The position numbers were made by a program, and so were the translations under genes. The notes beneath the pieces are model-generated. The model made no database searches. It had not been told where the DNA came from and was given only the letters and a program-made list of their open reading frames with translations. From assembly GCA_945861645.1 (NCBI GenBank), contig CAMAVZ010000018.1, forward strand, positions 1-37,836: DNA of 37,836 bases. Direction: 5' to 3'. Shown here piece by piece: positions 35,479 through 37,836 of this stretch; position 1 is the stretch's first letter, and every line of letters begins with the position of its first letter. This DNA comes from Opitutus sp. GAS368. Its GTDB lineage: Bacteria; Verrucomicrobiota; Verrucomicrobiia; Opitutales; Opitutaceae.

Positions 35479-37006
35479 GAATGACGCGGGCGGGTAAAAC
35501 GCCGGTAAGTTTTTGTTCCAAGCCTTGGAATTTATGGGTGAGGCGTTCGTGATCAAAACCGAATTGATGCAACATGGTCGCGTGCAGATCGCGAATGTGC
35601 ACTGGGTCCTTGGCGATATTGTAGGAGAAATCGTCTGTCTCGCCGTAGGAGATGCCGGGTTTTACGCCGCCGCCCGCCAACCACATGCTGAAGCAGCGGG
35701 GGTGGTGATCGCGACCGTAGTCTTGGGGTTTCAGGTTGCCTTGCGAGTAGACGGTACGGCCAAATTCTCCGCCCCAGATTACGAGGGTATCATCCAGCAT
35801 GCCGCGACGTTTGAGGTCGGCGATTAATCCTTGGGTGGGTCGGTCAGAATCCTCCGCCATAGTTTTAATATTGGTGGGGAGGTTGCTATGCTGGTCCCAA
35901 CTGCGGAGGAAGACTTGGGAGAAGCGCACGCCGCGTTCGGCGAGGCGGCGAGCCATGAGGCAGTTGTAAGCAAAGGTGCCGGGTTCTTTGGCTTTTGGTC
36001 CATAAAGATCCCAAGTGGAAGACGGCTCGTCCGAAAAATTGGTTAATTCTGGCACCGAGGTCTGCATCCGAAAAGCCATTTCATATTGGCTGATGCGGGC
36101 ATTGATCTCCGGATCGCCGACGCGATCAAAAAGTTGCTGATTAAGGTCATTCACGCCGTCGATCATCGCGCGGCGCACGGAGCGGTCGACCCCGGGGGGA
36201 TCTTTGAGGTGGAGCACGGGGTTGCTGCCGGAGCGCAGGGCCACGGCGGCATGCTCGGGGGAAAGAAAGCCCGATGACCAGAGCCGGTTTGAAAGCGCTT
36301 GGACATTCACCTGGATCGGCATCTTCGAGATCATGACCACAAAGGTGGGCAGTTCGTCGTTAATGGCGCCGAGCCCGTAAGAGAGCCAAGCTCCAACCGA
36401 GGGTTTGCCCGGAAACATATTCCCCGTGGTGATCGAGAGGATCGCCGGCTCGTGATTAATGGCTTCCGTGTGCAGGGATTTGATCACGCATAGTTCATCG
36501 GAAACTTTGGCGGTATAGGGAAATAGTTCGGAGCACCAGCGACCGGCTTGGCCGTGTTGGGCAAATTTGTAAAAACTAGGGGCGACGGGAAAACGGGTTT
36601 GGCTCGCCGTCATGCCGGTGAGTTGCTGGCCACCGCGAACCGATTCTGGCAGGTCTTGATTAAACATGCTCGAGAGCCCGGGTTTGTAATCCCACGTTTC
36701 AAATTGGGAAGGCGCTCCCGCCATGAAAAGATAGATGGCCCGTTTGGCCTTGGGGGCGAAATGCGGGAGGAGCGGGGCGGATGATGATTCGTTGGCCAAG
36801 GCCCGCGGTAAGCTGCGACCGAGGATGCTGGCGAGACCGGCCCAAGCGAGGGCCTTGGCGCCCCGGCCGAGAAAGTGGCGACGGGTTTCTAAATTTAGCC
36901 ATTCCTGTTTTAGGCCGAGCGGGATGTTGGGTAGATCCCAAATGGTGGGATGTTCGCCGCCATGATCGGAGCAGAGGTCAGGTTGTAGAGGGTGAGGCGA
37001 GGCCAT
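35462..37006 (-). CDS. DUF1501 family protein (sulfatase-like, PVC superphylum)
   Basis: TRRHFL, PHFAPKAKRAIYLFMAGAPSQFETWDYKP, INHEPA, GAWLSYGLG, ARRLAERGVRF, WDQH, GEFGRT, GRDHHP, DLHAT. Confidence 0.93.
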   Translation of the reverse strand: MASPHPLQPDLCSDHGGEHPTIWDLPNIPLGLKQEWLNLETRRHFLGRGAKALAWAGLASILGRSLPRALANESSSAPLLPHFAPKAKRAIYLFMAGAPSQFETWDYKPGLSSMFNQDLPESVRGGQQLTGMTASQTRFPVAPSFYKFAQHGQAGRWCSELFPYTAKVSDELCVIKSLHTEAINHEPAILSITTGNMFPGKPSVGAWLSYGLGAINDELPTFVVMISKMPIQVNVQALSNRLWSSGFLSPEHAAVALRSGSNPVLHLKDPPGVDRSVRRAMIDGVNDLNQQLFDRVGDPEINARISQYEMAFRMQTSVPELTNFSDEPSSTWDLYGPKAKEPGTFAYNCLMARRLAERGVRFSQVFLRSWDQHSNLPTNIKTMAEDSDRPTQGLIADLKRRGMLDDTLVIWGGEFGRTVYSQGNLKPQDYGRDHHPRCFSMWLAGGGVKPGISYGETDDFSYNIAKDPVHIRDLHATMLHQFGFDHERLTHKFQGLEQKLTGVLPARVIRDILL

Positions 37007-37053
37007 GAGATGATGCGTTAGGGGACACGATAGCTGTCTGGAACGAGCTAAAG

Positions 37054-37836
37054 TTATTTAGTGAGAAATTCGTCGAGGTTGAGAAATTGGCTCGCGACCA
37101 TCGTCCATTCAGCCAGCTCAACCGGGTTGAGCGCTGGATCAGCGGGCGAGTCGCCTACGGTCAAGACTGCTTGGGCAGCGGCCTTATCGCTCGAAAAACG
37201 CGTATGGAATTTTTCGAGGGTTTTGAGGAGGGCGACTTGTTCGTTGTCCACTAACGGACGACTGAGCGTGGTGCGGGCCATGAAATTTAAGCGGTCCGTA
37301 GCGGTCGGGGCCGCGTGCAGGGTGCGTTCCGCGAGTTTGCGGGCGGCCTCGAACCATTGGGGATCGTTCATCGTGACGAACGCTTGCAAAGGCGTATTCG
37401 TGCGCGCGCGCCGTGTGCAGACCACTTCGCGGGAGGTCGCGTCGAACGTTTCCATGCTGGGATCCATCGAAGCGCGTTTCCAGAAAGTGTAGACGCTGCG
37501 GCGGTAGAGGCCTTCACCTTTATCCGGTACATAGACTCCGGTGTCTGATTCTGGCATGGCGACTTCCTCCCACAGGCCTTTGGGCTGGTAGGGTTTTACG
37601 GATGGGCCGCCTAATTTTTCCACGAGGAGGCCCGAGCTGGCGAGGGCGCTGTCGCGCAGCATCTCGGCATCCATGCGAAAGCGCGGGCCGCGGGCCAGTA
37701 AGCGATTGGCGGGATCAGCTTCGTGCTGCGCAGCGGTGCTCTGGGCCGATCGCCGATAGGCGGCGGAGGTGACGAGTTGCCGGTAGAATCGTTTGGTGTC
37801 CCAGCCGCTTTCGCGAAATTCTACGGCCAGCCAATC
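37054..37836 (-). CDS. PSD1/DUF1553 domain protein (planctomycete cytochrome c family), 5' truncated by window edge
   Basis: Frame is open to the edge: DWLAVEF..SGWDTK...TSAAYR, RFRMDAEMLRDSAL, GGPSVKPYQP, YRRSVYTFWKR, TNTPLQA..MND, NLDEFLTK. Confidence 0.92.
   Translation of the reverse strand, partial: DWLAVEFRESGWDTKRFYRQLVTSAAYRRSAQSTAAQHEADPANRLLARGPRFRMDAEMLRDSALASSGLLVEKLGGPSVKPYQPKGLWEEVAMPESDTGVYVPDKGEGLYRRSVYTFWKRASMDPSMETFDATSREVVCTRRARTNTPLQAFVTMNDPQWFEAARKLAERTLHAAPTATDRLNFMARTTLSRPLVDNEQVALLKTLEKFHTRFSSDKAAAQAVLTVGDSPADPALNPVELAEWTMVASQFLNLDEFLTK

Overview
A gene-dense bacterial window that looks like Verrucomicrobiota/Opitutaceae (inferred from the PSD1/DUF1501/planctomycete-cytochrome genes and many Tat-exported Gfo/Idh/MocA paralogues). 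From left to right: (1) the 3' part of an Ig/NHL-repeat surface protein with a GlyGly-CTERM-like tail, followed by an orphan tRNA-Phe 3' half that probably marks the right att end of a tRNA-integrated island; (2) housekeeping genes: lysozyme-like protein, HAD hydrolase, prfA-prmC, tail-specific protease, a rhomboid lacking its catalytic Ser, ferredoxin, TonB receptor, an internally deleted oligopeptidase A pseudogene and a YugP-like Zn peptidase; (3) a rhamnose/LsrB-family sugar ABC operon with an SGNH esterase and an oxidoreductase; (4) a small HTH-like gene bracketed by two copies of an AT-rich palindrome (core TTTGTAAT-N7-ATTACAAA) and lying antisense within a long minus-strand cluster; (5) a tightly coupled ~10 kb operon combining Tat-exported oxidoreductases, a TIM-barrel/DUF1080 fusion lipoprotein, a DoxX-like membrane protein, a discoidin-domain protein, a GT-C (TIGR03663-like) transferase, ApbE and a GT2, with cytochrome b562 downstream; (6) a PSD1-DUF1501-cytochrome c/LRR cluster. 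The best candidates for undescribed systems are the palindrome-flanked HTH cassette and the redox/flavinylation/glycosylation operon. All family assignments come from motif recognition by eye; no database searches were run.
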